Positions 1 through 12,620 of a stretch of DNA of 52,172 nt are shown here, one piece after another (the first letter of the stretch is position 1; every line of letters begins with the position of its first letter). The translations under genes were made by a program, and so were the position numbers. The DNA comes from Octopus bimaculoides (lineage: Eukaryota). The stretch covers positions 88,523,635 through 88,575,806 of the forward strand of contig NC_068985.1 of assembly GCF_001194135.2 (NCBI RefSeq), read 5' to 3'. The notes under the pieces were generated by a model. It saw only the letters and a list, made by a program, of their open reading frames with translations, was not told the origin of the DNA and did no database searches.

Positions 1-211
<211 letters not shown>

Positions 212-296
212 AGTGCCAGCCTTGACAGCAACTGGACGTATTCTTCTGTGCTCTGAAAGTCAACAGCCGAAGACACCGAAACACTAATACAAACAA

Positions 297-1212
297 GCTC
301 ACATTTCCCAGGGCTCCCACAGTTACTGGTACTACTACTAGCTTTTTCATCGACGACAACTGCTTAACTTCCCAAGCTAACCTCTCATATCTCTCGACTT
401 TTCTTTCTTCCTTTATGCATACCCTGTCATCTGGGCATTCTATATCTATGATCCAATATAGTTTGCTTTCTTTTTCAATGAAGACTACGTCCGGCTTCCT
501 ATTCTCTCTCTCATGGTAGCACTGAATCATAAAATCCCATAGGATCTTTGCATTGCTATTTTCGTCGATTCCTTCAGGTTGTGACCGTACCAATTGTTTT
601 GCTCTGTCAAGGCCATACTTGTTGCAAAGTGTCCAATGGACAGGCCTGGCTATATTGTCGTGGTGTGTCTTGGTAATATGCCATATGGTTTCGCCGTTTT
701 GTTCACAGATTCTGCACTTATCACGTTCTGCTGTGTTGTCTATTCTGTATTTTATTTGGTTTGTTCTTAGTGCATGCTCTTGGGCAGCACAGATTATAAC
801 TTCCGTTTGCGGTTTTAAATCACCTTTAGTCATCCACAGCCATCTTTTTTTCTGTCTGTCTTATCTTCAGCCTCTCTAAGAAATTGACCATGCATTGTTT
901 TCTTTACCCACCTTCATTCTCTTTCTATTTCCTGTATAGTACTTTATCTTTGCAATCTTTCATCCTACACAACGCTGACCGTCTTACTTTTAATAAGAGT
1001 AGTTCTGTGGATTTTTTTTACATACCATGATATATTGTTTTTTCTGCTCTAATGTTGTGTTCGCAACCAATATGTCCTCTTCTCCGTCATTTTCTTGGTG
1101 CATACAGTCTTTCTTTGTAATTTTTTGGTTGACCCATATATAGTTAGCACCTTCCTTGTAATTCTTTGTAAGCTGTTTAGTTCGTCTACTGTCCATGCGA
1201 TTATCCCTGCTC
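297..1212 (-). mobile_element. Truncated R4/Dong-like non-LTR retrotransposon (post-RT region, Zn-knuckle, restriction-like endonuclease)
   Basis: Minus-strand translation with frameshifts: AGIIAWTVDELNSL..TRKVLT / RLYAPRK..RG / MHGQFLRE..WLWMTKGDLKPQTE..AAQEHALRTN / CRICEQNGETIWHI (partial CCHC) / HHDNIAR (RHD-like) / ILWDF..RKPDVVFIEK..IID..P (PD-(D/E)xK RLE) / VVPVTVGALG. Flanked by TAA/TTA arrays. Confidence 0.9.
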
Positions 1213-1239
1213 TATTATTATTATTATTATTATTATTAT

Positions 1240-1302
<63 letters not shown>

Positions 1303-1365
1303 CAGTTATACTACTACTATGATATTATTATTATTATCATTATTATTATTATTATTATTGTTATT
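1213..1365 (+). repeat. Compound microsatellite (TTA)n(GTA)n(TTA)n
   Basis: Direct reading. Confidence 0.95.
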
Positions 1366-1554
1366 ACATTTTTCTTCTTTCAGTTTTGTTGCCGAGTGTC
1401 TTCCCGACATCTAAGGCGAAGCCACTTGCTGGACACATTGATAGGCCATGAGAAGAAACACATTAGGTTTTTCCTTTACAAAGTTTAAGGAATCAAGAAG
1501 AGAAGAAAAAAAGAAGAACTCAAATTGAAATTAGAAAATATTAAAAATGAAAAC

Positions 1555-2288
1555 NNNNNNNNNNNNNNNNNNNNNNNNNNNNNNNNNNNNNNNNNNNNNN
1601 NNNNNNNNNNNNNNNNNNNNNNNNNNNNNNNNNNNNNNNNNNNNNNNNNNNNNNNNNNNNNNNNNNNNNNNNNNNNNNNNNNNNNNNNNNNNNNNNNNNN
1701 NNNNNNNNNNNNNNNNNNNNNNNNNNNNNNNNNNNNNNNNNNNNNNNNNNNNNNNNNNNNNNNNNNNNNNNNNNNNNNNNNNNNNNNNNNNNNNNNNNNN
1801 NNNNNNNNNNNNNNNNNNNNNNNNNNNNNNNNNNNNNNNNNNNNNNNNNNNNNNNNNNNNNNNNNNNNNNNNNNNNNNNNNNNNNNNNNNNNNNNNNNNN
1901 NNNNNNNNNNNNNNNNNNNNNNNNNNNNNNNNNNNNNNNNNNNNNNNNNNNNNNNNNNNNNNNNNNNNNNNNNNNNNNNNNNNNNNNNNNNNNNNNNNNN
2001 NNNNNNNNNNNNNNNNNNNNNNNNNNNNNNNNNNNNNNNNNNNNNNNNNNNNNNNNNNNNNNNNNNNNNNNNNNNNNNNNNNNNNNNNNNNNNNNNNNNN
2101 NNNNNNNNNNNNNNNNNNNNNNNNNNNNNNNNNNNNNNNNNNNNNNNNNNNNNNNNNNNNNNNNNNNNNNNNNNNNNNNNNNNNNNNNNNNNNNNNNNNN
2201 NNNNNNNNNNNNNNNNNNNNNNNNNNNNNNNNNNNNNNNNNNNNNNNNNNNNNNNNNNNNNNNNNNNNNNNNNNNNNNNNNNNNNNNN
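1555..2288. other. Assembly gap (N)
   Basis: Run of N. Confidence 1.
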
Positions 2289-2346
2289 ATATACGTATGT
2301 ATCTGAGTATGCATGCATGGCTGTTTATATACCAGGATTAAATTAC

Positions 2347-2450
2347 TTGCTTTAATTCCGTATCATATATTTGAAGCACGTCACTCTTCATTTTTAATAA
2401 ATAAATTTTCTCTAGAAAATACCATCTACATAGTAGGATTTGATCTAAAT
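2347..2450 (-). CDS. Candidate internal exon, unknown protein (DLDQILLCRWYFLEKIYLLKMKSDVLQIYDTELKQ)
   Basis: Strong pyrimidine tract ...ttttctttgttttcatctgttatcttacctgcAG, donor CAA|GTAATT, one open frame. No homology recognised; a competing plus-strand candidate exists at 2416-2456. Confidence 0.2.
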
Positions 2451-3206
2451 CTGCAGGTAAGATAACAGATGAAAACAAAGAAAACTGAGATAATGTGTCA
2501 GTTCCGAAGACATTGTCACTATTTACTTTTCCATAAATCATTTCTGCGCTTGGTATGGTGATTCTGTTTATTACGACTGAAGTAATAAAACGAAAACTTA
2601 ACAGAAATATATAATTTATAACAAAAAGTTACACAATCAATATATTGATTACTCGATTTAGTTTGCTGTGTAAATCATTTTTTTGTTCCAATGCACAAGT
2701 TTTAATTTAAATGAAATTATTATTTCATAAATCCTGCAATAAATTTCTCATTTATGACTTCTTATTTTCTAAGTTATAATTCTATTGCTGCATTACAGAC
2801 AATACTCTAGTAAAACAAACAACAACTGTAACAAAAAGAAGAAGAAAAAGAACAACAACAGCAATAAGAACAACATTTATAATATATTTATTCAGCCTAA
2901 AACTCCATAATAACAAAGCATCTTCGCAGATTAGTACCGGAAAACTTGGTAATAATTACAAAATTTACTTACTAAAAAGCAACATATATTATAAAATCAG
3001 TTTTAAATGTTATGCTATGAGAATTTATCGAAATCTTCAAATTCTGGAATTTCTTATAAAATAAACATTTAAGGTATGTAATGATCTTCCAATCTTATAA
3101 ATTTGGTACACCATGTGCCTGGTGTACCCTTATCAGACTGATAGTCAAAGGATTCATATATTTAACACCAGTTTCACTTTGATGGCATGAATTGCTTTCT
3201 CACTCA

Positions 3207-3370
<164 letters not shown>

Positions 3371-3929
3371 GTCAAGACGAAGAGTGCGATTCGATTGTAT
3401 AGATGCTTCATTCGTTGAACAATATTTCGACAGCTCGTCTGTCTTTGTCAAGTTCAAAACAAAAGGTGATTAAAAATTCAAAATTTCAGAAATTTAAACG
3501 TAAACTATGAACGAGAGTAACCAGCGTCCATACGTTGACGGAATGACATCATCAGTTTTTAAGTTTTATAACAGGCAGAAAGAAAGAAAAAAATAGAAAA
3601 AGAAAGACGACAAAAAAAAAAGGAAAGAAAAAGAGAGAAAGAAGAATTTTCGATCAAACAGTTTTGTATAAAGTTGATGATATTCTCCTGTCATTTTATT
3701 CATAACTTCAGGGCGTGATGTTAATAACCCGCAAACATATTTCTCCTCATACATTCTGAGAAGTGAAAGTGGGGTAGATTCAGAATATTTTTTTGAGAAT
3801 ATGCACTTTCAAGACTTCTTCAAAATTGCAGCCGCTTGAAACGAAATGTTCAGCAAGTTCTGTTGAACTACTGTTCTTATGCCTGACGTCGAATCTGTGC
3901 CCATTAAACCTTTTGTTTAATTCCTTAAT

Positions 3930-4790
3930 TGTTCTGTTGTACAACAATTGTTGTATGTCGAGACATCGTACGCATTAACGAAACCATGTCCAGCAGAAAG
4001 AGATATATGAACGTTGAATTGACTACAACTCGGATAGGTGGTACAAGGGAAAACACTGACAGCCTACGTCATGAGAACTACTTAACGTCAATAAACAATC
4101 TCCTCAAGAAGCCAAGACACTCTACTAAGCCGGTGCTGATCGTTTTTTTTTCTGATGAAAGGGAATTCTGACAGGACTAATATCTCAACATCCAGATCAA
4201 ATGGTAGTTTTTACTATAATCTATGTAATGTCCCATCAGGAAAACCATGTTGTCTTGAACTGTGATTCGCACCGTCTATTGAAATGCTGACATGTCTGTT
4301 GCTCAATACGCCCTGAAAATGTTAAAGTTTCCACGCCCTTTCAAAGATAAATTCTCCTAAACGGAGGTGGTCATTAGCTATGTCGCCAGTGAAGATGAGA
4401 TCATGCCAAGCCACAGACTTGAACAGCACATTTGGCGCAATTCTGAGGCCTATGTAAAGCAGCATAAGGTTAATATCAATCCCTGTCTGAAGAGGATTGC
4501 TGCTGGAAGGCCATATGTGTGGCAGTAGGATTCGAGTTCTTGCCATACCTCTGGAAGCAAGTTCATCAGCCCAAATTTCTGGCTCTTCTAATTGTGTTGG
4601 GCGCGGTTGAGAGAGGCAGCGACCATTTTACCAACAACACTAAAAACGTGTGCGAATATATTGCCACAAACGTGTGAACCATGGTCCGGAAAGTTCTTCA
4701 GATACTGGTGGGTGCTGAGTAGTGCGGCGTCTTTGTGTAAACTGTTATCTTCCAGCCATAATCTAGTTCATGAATTTTAATTTTGCAAAA
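3930..4790 (+). mobile_element. Decayed Tc1/mariner-superfamily transposase, maT/DD37D-like
   Basis: VFFSDEREF*QD (first catalytic D region), then VASEDEIMPSH..NSEAYV..PCLKRIAAGRPYVWQ*DSSSCHTSG (second D region), then a deleted PNFW..VWGAVE-like region. Stops and deletions prevent counting the D-D spacing, so the subfamily is inferred. Confidence 0.7.
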
Positions 4791-4919
4791 AGCTTTATTT
4801 TCTTTTCGTTTTACGCACAATGTGAAACGTAGCCCGAAGGCCCTGTAATTATTTGTTTTAAAACTTTATTACCAGAAAAGATCTTAGTACAGCTGTCCAT
4901 TTTCAGGCCTCTAAAGTCG

Positions 4920-5640
4920 AAGAAAGAGTGGAATCAGTTGTTAGTTTGGAGATGAGGCACAGACAGAAATGTTATATATGACATCGGTTTACTGATGACA
5001 TATTTCTTTTATCACATATCAGTAATCATCCTTCAGAACACAATCAAACTGTATTCTCTGCCAGTAGAATTGGTCTACAGATAATTGGTACAAAGACTGA
5101 GTATATGTCACTAAGCAAAGTAGACGGAAATCTTGTCACACTGGATGGTGGAATACAAAATGGAGGAATTGATTTTCTATACTTCGGTAGCTAGATAAGA
5201 TCGTCCAAAAACGGGAGTGATATTATCATTATCAAAGTCGGGTTTGAGATGAACAGAATGGAAATGTTTGGGAAGTTGGTTCTACACGGAAAAAAATCAA
5301 AATATCATCTTTCAGAACATTTATTGTGTCAGAGTCGTTGTATAGCTCAAGTGCATGGACCCTGGCACAAGCACTTGATATGGCATTAGATAGTGCATAC
5401 ACTGAAATTTATACAGTGACGCACGACATAAACTAGTAGCATCGTGCCACGAAATAAAAGTTTATATGGAAACCTGTCCAAGATAACAACTAGAATGTTC
5501 CATTGCTGGAGATGTAAACAGGAAGTTATGCATAAGCGGGAACCAACTCAGATGAGACACAGCAGAGGAAGACATGCTCAAACATTCATTGCTCGGCTCT
5601 CAAACGATACAAACCTCGGTAAGGAGCAGTTGTCGCGAGC
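4920..5640 (+). mobile_element. Decayed RTE-clade LINE RT and C-terminal fragment
   Basis: DIGFTDDIFLLS (FADD-like), RIGLQIIGTKTEYM, DFLYFGS, ESLLYSSSAWTL, RHSRGRHAQTFIARL; many stops and frameshifts. Confidence 0.75.
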
Positions 5641-6639
5641 AACTGAAAATCGTGAATTTAGAGAGACACTGTTAGGAATGTTACATCGTGTTCGCAATGT
5701 TGATGACACCGTAGTTAATGGCACTGATACAAAACAAAATGTCTCTTCTGATAGGTTTAAGTAAAAGTAAACTTTCTATGTTTTGCCTCTGTGATCTATT
5801 TCAGTATATTGAATGCTGTGATTCAATTTGTTTTGAACTCTATTTCGCATTATTTGTTATCTTATTTGTTACCATATCTACTTTCAGTTTCCATTTACCA
5901 TTTGCATGCTTGAAAATAAACTGAAAGTCTGCTTCTTTATGTTAGTAGATTATGGTTCCTATGATTTGGATAACACACTTCCAGATAAACTGTTCCAGAT
6001 AAATTATAAAACCAGACTACTATCGTTTTTTTTTTCTGGAGACATATACTACCTACATTCATGAGACACGCCCCTAAATAGGAAGCGAAAGAGAAGATAT
6101 TGCAATATGAAAATTTATTGAAATGCAAATATAAACTAGATAATAATTAAAAAGAAACATACGGAGCCAGAATAAGTTGCATGACTGCTATTTCCAAAAC
6201 AGAAAGTAGACAAATAGCTGTAGATCTATATACTCATAGGAATTATTCTACGTCTACTAACAAATTTTCAAAAAGCATATTTTCAGCAACTGGTGAAAAT
6301 AAAATGATAGACATATTGTCAAGTTAGATGACGACATATGAAAGAAATATAACATAATCCTAATAACCATAAATCAATAAAGTGTATAGATAGGAAATAC
6401 TTTAAAAGAAAAAATATATATATCATATGAAAAATATGCAGGAAGAATAATTAAACATTTATTCACATCAGTGGTATAAATGTCCCATGCGGTGTTATAA
6501 CATTTTAAAACAGATAGAAACTTCGACAGAGTTATAAATATAATAATGAGTTAATTTCGTATAATTCAGCTGAGTCGGAAGTAGTATGATAAGATTTCTT
6601 ACGAATACTAATAGCAATGCTATCAGGCAATTACAAAGT

Positions 6640-6725
6640 TATCCATATACATATGCGTGTGTGTGTGTGTGTGCGTATGTGTGTGTGTGCGACGCGCGTG
6701 CATCCATATATACAATGTATACACA

Positions 6726-6771
<46 letters not shown>

Positions 6772-6800
6772 TCCATGTATATATGTGTGTGTGTATATAT
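6640..6800 (+). repeat. (TG)n/(TA)n microsatellite cluster
   Basis: Direct reading. Confidence 0.95.
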
Positions 6801-8294
6801 ATATGTATGGAGATAGATGGATTTATAGATATATAGTTACATACATACGTACAAACATACATGCCTAAATACGTACAGTTTGATAAAGTAAGAAAGAGCT
6901 AAAGCTCAAAAATGTAAAGTGCAGATTACTTCAAATTAATTGAAATAACTACAAAGCTCGAATAACGTATACTGATTATGCTGTGGTCTTCAAGGTTCTA
7001 AGGTATACAAATCAGTTAATTATTGTTTAAAACAATAATTATCTGATTTGTATACCTTAGAGGACAAAAAAGGAACAGAAAAAGACATAGAATAAAGGCT
7101 AAAATCTAAGCAGAGTATGGCGCTGAATCGATGGCTAGAAAAATGTAACGTATCCAGTATTTAATAAAATAAAATAGTTTTCATGATCAGAAAACCCAAC
7201 GGAATTGGAAACGTTTATCGAAAAAGTCCAAAGTTAAAGTCAATGACAACGAATTTTATTTTTATCTCAACCATGACACAAGTGACTCCCATGTGTATGT
7301 AATAAGTGGAATTCATTGTATAACTGCTGAATATGCAGATATTACCCAGAAACGGTTGAACAATTTGTGTAGAAAGTGTAAAATTTGAAGTTTGAATAGA
7401 AACTGCAGTTGCTAAGGTTTTCATTCAGCTATTATTTATGCATTAGCGTATACCAAAATAATCTATAGAAGACATATTCTGAGATGAATATACATCGATT
7501 ATATTCTCTTGGATGTTTCGGAGGACTGGAATGAAGATTTGATGTCTACTTAACAGCGTGATATTTTAGTCATGAAGAAGAATCGGCTGAAATAACGTTT
7601 CAATAAGAGAATTTATCATCACATTAAAGAAAAAAACATTCATACCAGAAAATGTACAGCGTGGAGATTGAAAACATAAGGAGTTCTTCAAATATTAGCG
7701 CGGTATTGAACAATAACACAATATTCAAACAAATATATAAAGCCGTCAGATACAACCAGTATATTGTGTGGCATTACTGAGCACTTCACATCAAATACAT
7801 AGAGAACTATCAACAGATTAACAAAATACAGAACAAAACGAATCTCGGCGTATATATCCAGATCTGTGTTCACTGTGAAAAACGCGACAAATATTAGTCT
7901 AGTGAAAAATGTTATTATAATCTAATTGTTTGCACAATACACAAGCCAAAAACAGATTTATTGTCTACCGTTAAAAAAGCTAATCTAATTATTGTAATTG
8001 AGTCAATGCTTTACTGTTATAAAAAGTATTTCATGAGAAACATTGATTATATTAAAAACAAACATTGGCTGAGAACAAAAATTCCAGTGGAATGTTTTGC
8101 ATTACAACACTCCAGTAATACCTAGTAATTGATATATGTGGTTATTTCACATAGCGATTATTAATTCGTATCCCGAATTACAGAAAATGACAGGATACTA
8201 CGAGATTACCATGGTTTTAATTTATAAATTATATAATGCTTCGTAAACTTTCTCCGTCTTTCTTTCTTCATATATGCGCAAAAACAAAAATGTA

Positions 8295-8665
<371 letters not shown>

Positions 8666-9069
8666 GCACATAAATATATCTTTTATTTTTATCATCTGTC
8701 TTCTATGTGTTTCAGGTATTCAATTTCAGTCTCACTGGAGAAGCAGTGTGAAAGATTTTCTCTGTAGTCGAACGAAACACGATTGCTGTATCAGTAATTG
8801 TATTTACACACATGTTACTTGAATAGTGCTTAATATGAAAATTTTACTATATACGAGTGTTACACAGCCAAAGCTAGTGTTTAAATAATATGTTCGTAGC
8901 TAGTACATGGGTTACCTGAGGTGCTCATCACAGGGCAATTATCCTTGAAATATTAACATACATCTGTTACATAGTTTTCTCGCTTGACGTATTTGTATAC
9001 GAGACGTCGTAGCTTACGTTGCTGGCTTTGAATAATATAGAACATCCCTAGAGTTATACTGAAACTGAA

Positions 9070-9252
9070 AATAACTTCTGCTGATATACCCTCCGTCCTT
9101 CATCAGGTGTCTTGGGGGAAATCGCTCATTCCTAAGGTATTTTTCGATGTTATTATTATTATTATTATTCAGTTAGATATGCTTACAATCGAACTCGGGA
9201 TCTTGGGTTTAGTAGCCCGCGTTCATAAACACTACGCCCTATGCTCGTGGGC
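9070..9252 (-). mobile_element. tRNA-derived SINE with internal (TAA)n and Penelope-like, hammerhead-like tail
   Basis: Minus strand: A-box-like TAGGGCGTAGTG, B-box-like GAGTTCGATTG, (AAT)7, then ...GACACCTGATGAAGGACGGAGGGTATATCAGCAGAAG. Confidence 0.7.
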
Positions 9253-9868
9253 AATTATGGAGTGAATTTTAGGGCTTATAAATGTAATATCTTCCTATCC
9301 TTCATTAATACCGGTTCCCATATGCTATTCATATCTGTTCTAGGTCTGCTTAGGAGGTTGTTGTGCTCTAACATATATGCTACTCAGTTTAGTTTACGTA
9401 TTTTTCCAGTGGTGTTCTCTGTCTATTATTTTAACTTCTTTCCCAAATATAACATTCCCAAACCGATGAAGTGATGCGGCGGTTGATCTGCAACTTAGCT
9501 AGTGAGAATTGTTGTTGTTTCGGCTGAGTTTAATGTTGTGCTCTTTCATTTTGGGGATGTAAGCAAGGCATGAGTATAGGATTCGTCTTCGTGTATCTTA
9601 CTCAGCTATTTTATCAGAAAAGGAGCAGAATATTCACTGCTATCTCAGAAGGCTTTAAATACGATTATTCGAATCCTTTTATTAGTGTTTGAAAGTCATC
9701 AATGCATTCGATCGTTTTTTGTCTGTATGCCGCAAGTCATGTTTATAATCATATCCTGATTTAGTTTTTTCACTAACTTAAACATTTCTTTTAGAAAATA
9801 ATAATTGGAAACATTGATGCATTGTTACTATTTACTAAATACTATTAAAACAATGCATTTGCATGTAT

Positions 9869-9870
<2 letters not shown>

Positions 9871-9910
<40 letters not shown>

Positions 9911-9957
9911 TATTATTATTATTATTATTACGATCTTCATCATCATTATTATTATTA
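9871..9957 (+). repeat. (TAA)n followed directly by (TTA)n
   Basis: Direct reading. Confidence 0.95.
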
Positions 9958-10574
9958 TTCCTAGAAATATTGTTGTTTTCAAATGAGTTGACTGTTATAA
10001 AGATTTGTCGTGGAAATGATATTGCGTGTTTCTGTTTTTTTTTTTATTTTGGTCTGTCATTTGTTCATTAATATTTTAATTAATTTTGGTAACTATTTAA
10101 TTTATTTTTTTTTCGCTCAGTTCAAAGTACTTTCAATGGTGAAAGAATTGTGAAAAGCGAGAAACTATTTATCTAACAATTTGACAGTAAATTAATTGGA
10201 AATATTTTTGAAAGTCTTAAAAGTTTAACTTGTTTTGTTGCAGAAATAAGAATGTATTTTAATCATCAATAATAGCGTCAATTTTAATTAATACCCCATC
10301 CCATAATTACTACTTTTGTTTACACATGTAGCAACTCATAGAATGCTTTGCGCAAACGTTGTTATAACCCTGTGAATGACTCACACATATACAATTTCCT
10401 TTAAATAATCTACTACAGCTGCTGCACAACAGACCGCTAATAATATTATTAAAGATACAAGTTGCGCTGCATCTAAGACTACCAATACCAATATATTTCT
10501 TAAAGTCTAACTTTTTAAGGGTTGACGATAGTCGGGCATATCGATCCAAGGTTTTATTTTCTACTGTTTTTAGA

Positions 10575-10860
10575 TATTCAACTTGGTACCCAACATTTTC
10601 TGCAAGCTGTCCTATATACGTCTTCCGTGGTCTCCCAGCCGCCGTGATATCAAGATTTGATCTCCACAGCAACACATTGCTCACACGTTCTTCTTTACTT
10701 CTCCAGCAATGGCCAGGAGAACTCAATCTCCGATTTTGGATGGTCAATGAGACAGTCGGTACTTTCCTATACAACCGTTGTTTTGTTGGTGCTCTCTGCA
10801 AGATATGTTGACCACTGCAGGTAAGATTCTGGTGTAGGCACCTTGAAGCACGTACCCGAC
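10575..10860 (-). mobile_element. RTE-clade LINE 3' coding fragment
   Basis: QRAPTKQRLYRKVPTVSLTIQNRRLSSPGHCWRSKEERVSNVLLWRS..AGRPRKTYIGQL, a typical RTE C-terminus. Confidence 0.85.
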
Positions 10861-10944
10861 ACAATATATAATCGAGACACAGGAGGCACCTACGCAATAT
10901 GTAATCGAGACACAGGATTAATAAGTAAGGAGCTAGTGTGTCAC

Positions 10945-11109
10945 CATGCAGTGTTCAATCCCACTGCACAACTAGTATTTATTTGATCGCCCCCAAAATG
11001 GTGAAAGTTAAAATTGCTTTCGTTGGAATTTGATCTCCAAAGTAAAACACCCGGAACAATGCTGCTACGAATTGTCTCCGATTTGCTAAAGGATCTAGCA
11101 CACTGCCTT
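10945..11109 (-). mobile_element. Old, diverged tRNA-derived SINE (type A)
   Basis: Aligns by eye with the copy at 18745-18950. Confidence 0.65.
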
Positions 11110-11129
11110 TACCATTATTATTAATTATA

Positions 11130-11327
11130 CTTTTCTTCTCTAGGCACAAAGCCCGAAATTTTCGGGGCAGGGGAGGCAGTGGATTAAATCGACCCCAGTA
11201 CGCAACTAGTACTTAATTTATGGACCCAGAAAGTATGAAAATCAAAGTGGACCTCGGCAGAAACTGAACTCAGAACGTAGCGACGGACGAAATACCGCGT
11301 GCTAACGATTCCGCCAGCTCCCCGCCT
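11130..11327 (-). mobile_element. tRNA-derived SINE (type A)
   Basis: Reverse complement reads AGGCGGGGAGCTGGCGGAATCGTTAGCACGC...CTACGTTCTGAGTTCAGTTTCTGCCGAGGTCCACTTTG...GTGCCTAGAGAAGAAAAG; matches 18745-18950. Confidence 0.9.
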
Positions 11328-11536
11328 TATAAGAAAAGAATTAATATTAATTATTAATTATACATTGCAATAGATCAACAGTAATTCTACTCGTGAACAT
11401 AATGTGTAAACTCCTCCGCATTCCACAGTACATATTACGCCCGCTTATTTTATAAGCATAATTAGCGTGACAAAATTTCGTGTAAACTACAAACAGAAAG
11501 ACTGGTAAATATGTATATAATTATGGAACCTATTAC

Positions 11537-11636
11537 CTCTATAGCGTGTTGTATATTGATTCCGAGTCGATGGATTGCAAAATTGGCATCATTTGATTTA
11601 AACTGAAAGTGACACGACGCTCCGTCTACTAGAATT
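11537..11636 (-). CDS. Candidate internal exon, unknown protein (ILVDGASCHFQFKSNDANFAIHRLGINIQHAIE)
   Basis: Acceptor ctctgtccgttttgcccgtatttAG, donor GAG|GTAATA, 100 nt, only one frame open. No homology recognised. Confidence 0.3.
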
Positions 11637-12534
11637 CTAAATACGGGCAAAACGGACAGAGATTAAAACTACTTACTATTTAGTATTTCATTTTTACTAC
11701 CACTTACTATTTGTCTAGTTTCTTCCCTATTCGTCTATTTAGTTCTTATATAGTTGTATTTACTACTTGCTATTTGTCTGTTTAGATCCCTACGGACATT
11801 ATGTTTCATTAAACCAAAAATGAGATGAAAACATGCTAATTCTTGACAGGTTTTGAACTACAATTATAAATCGTGTAATATGGAATATGATTCCACGTAA
11901 CGATAACTAGTGTGTAAAATAGGCATAACCTGACACCTAATGAAGAAGGAAATGTACCATTCGATTTTTAAAGCATACCATTGGTTAATGGTTTGAGTAA
12001 CAACATCGAAAAACAATTCAAGTTGGGTCTCTCTAGATAAGATTTTATTTGGGGTTTGGGAGCACGAAAAACACTCGATGCATTTTCTCTGTCGCTCTAA
12101 TTATTTTCCCGAAACGAATCACTGCACATTCGCTAATACCTCGTTAAATGCATTTCCATGTGGCTACGCGAAATATAAAATTGTAGAAAAAAAAAAACGT
12201 GGAAAAAAAAATAAACATTAGAAAATAATTAATAGAAGACTATTTAAAAGGAAATATCTGAAAAGTGAAATGAATTTATCGAAGAAATAAAGAATAAAAT
12301 GGACAGAAAAATCTATTTTTTAAAAGCAATTATATGAATGGTATTTTACGAAATAAGTGTATGTTCCCTGCAACTAGAGACTGATTTAACAGCTGTTACC
12401 ATTCAACATTTGAAATGTCTCACAATATTTCAATGATCAAAGAATTTGCTCGGAATCAGGACTGCCAATAATTGGCAGTTAGATATTTTCAAGACACGTA
12501 TTCATATCTGAATATATAAATTTGCAATGCTTGT

Positions 12535-12620
12535 TCATGTATGTATGTATGTATGTATGTATGTATGTATGTATGTATGTATGTATGCATGTATGCATGT
12601 ATGTATGTATGTGTATGTTC
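12535..12620 (+). repeat. (ATGT)n tetranucleotide repeat
   Basis: Direct reading. Confidence 0.95.

Noticed and set aside
3708-4846. TIR pair for the maT-like element (CAGGGC at ~3709 and GCCCTGTA at ~4839-4846)
   Set aside because: The match does not extend beyond 6 bp, so the boundaries cannot be supported.
10310-10560. Cys-rich tail of the 195-aa minus ORF
   Set aside because: Read-through from the RTE fragment into flanking DNA; no recognisable Zn-finger or knottin spacing and no good acceptor.
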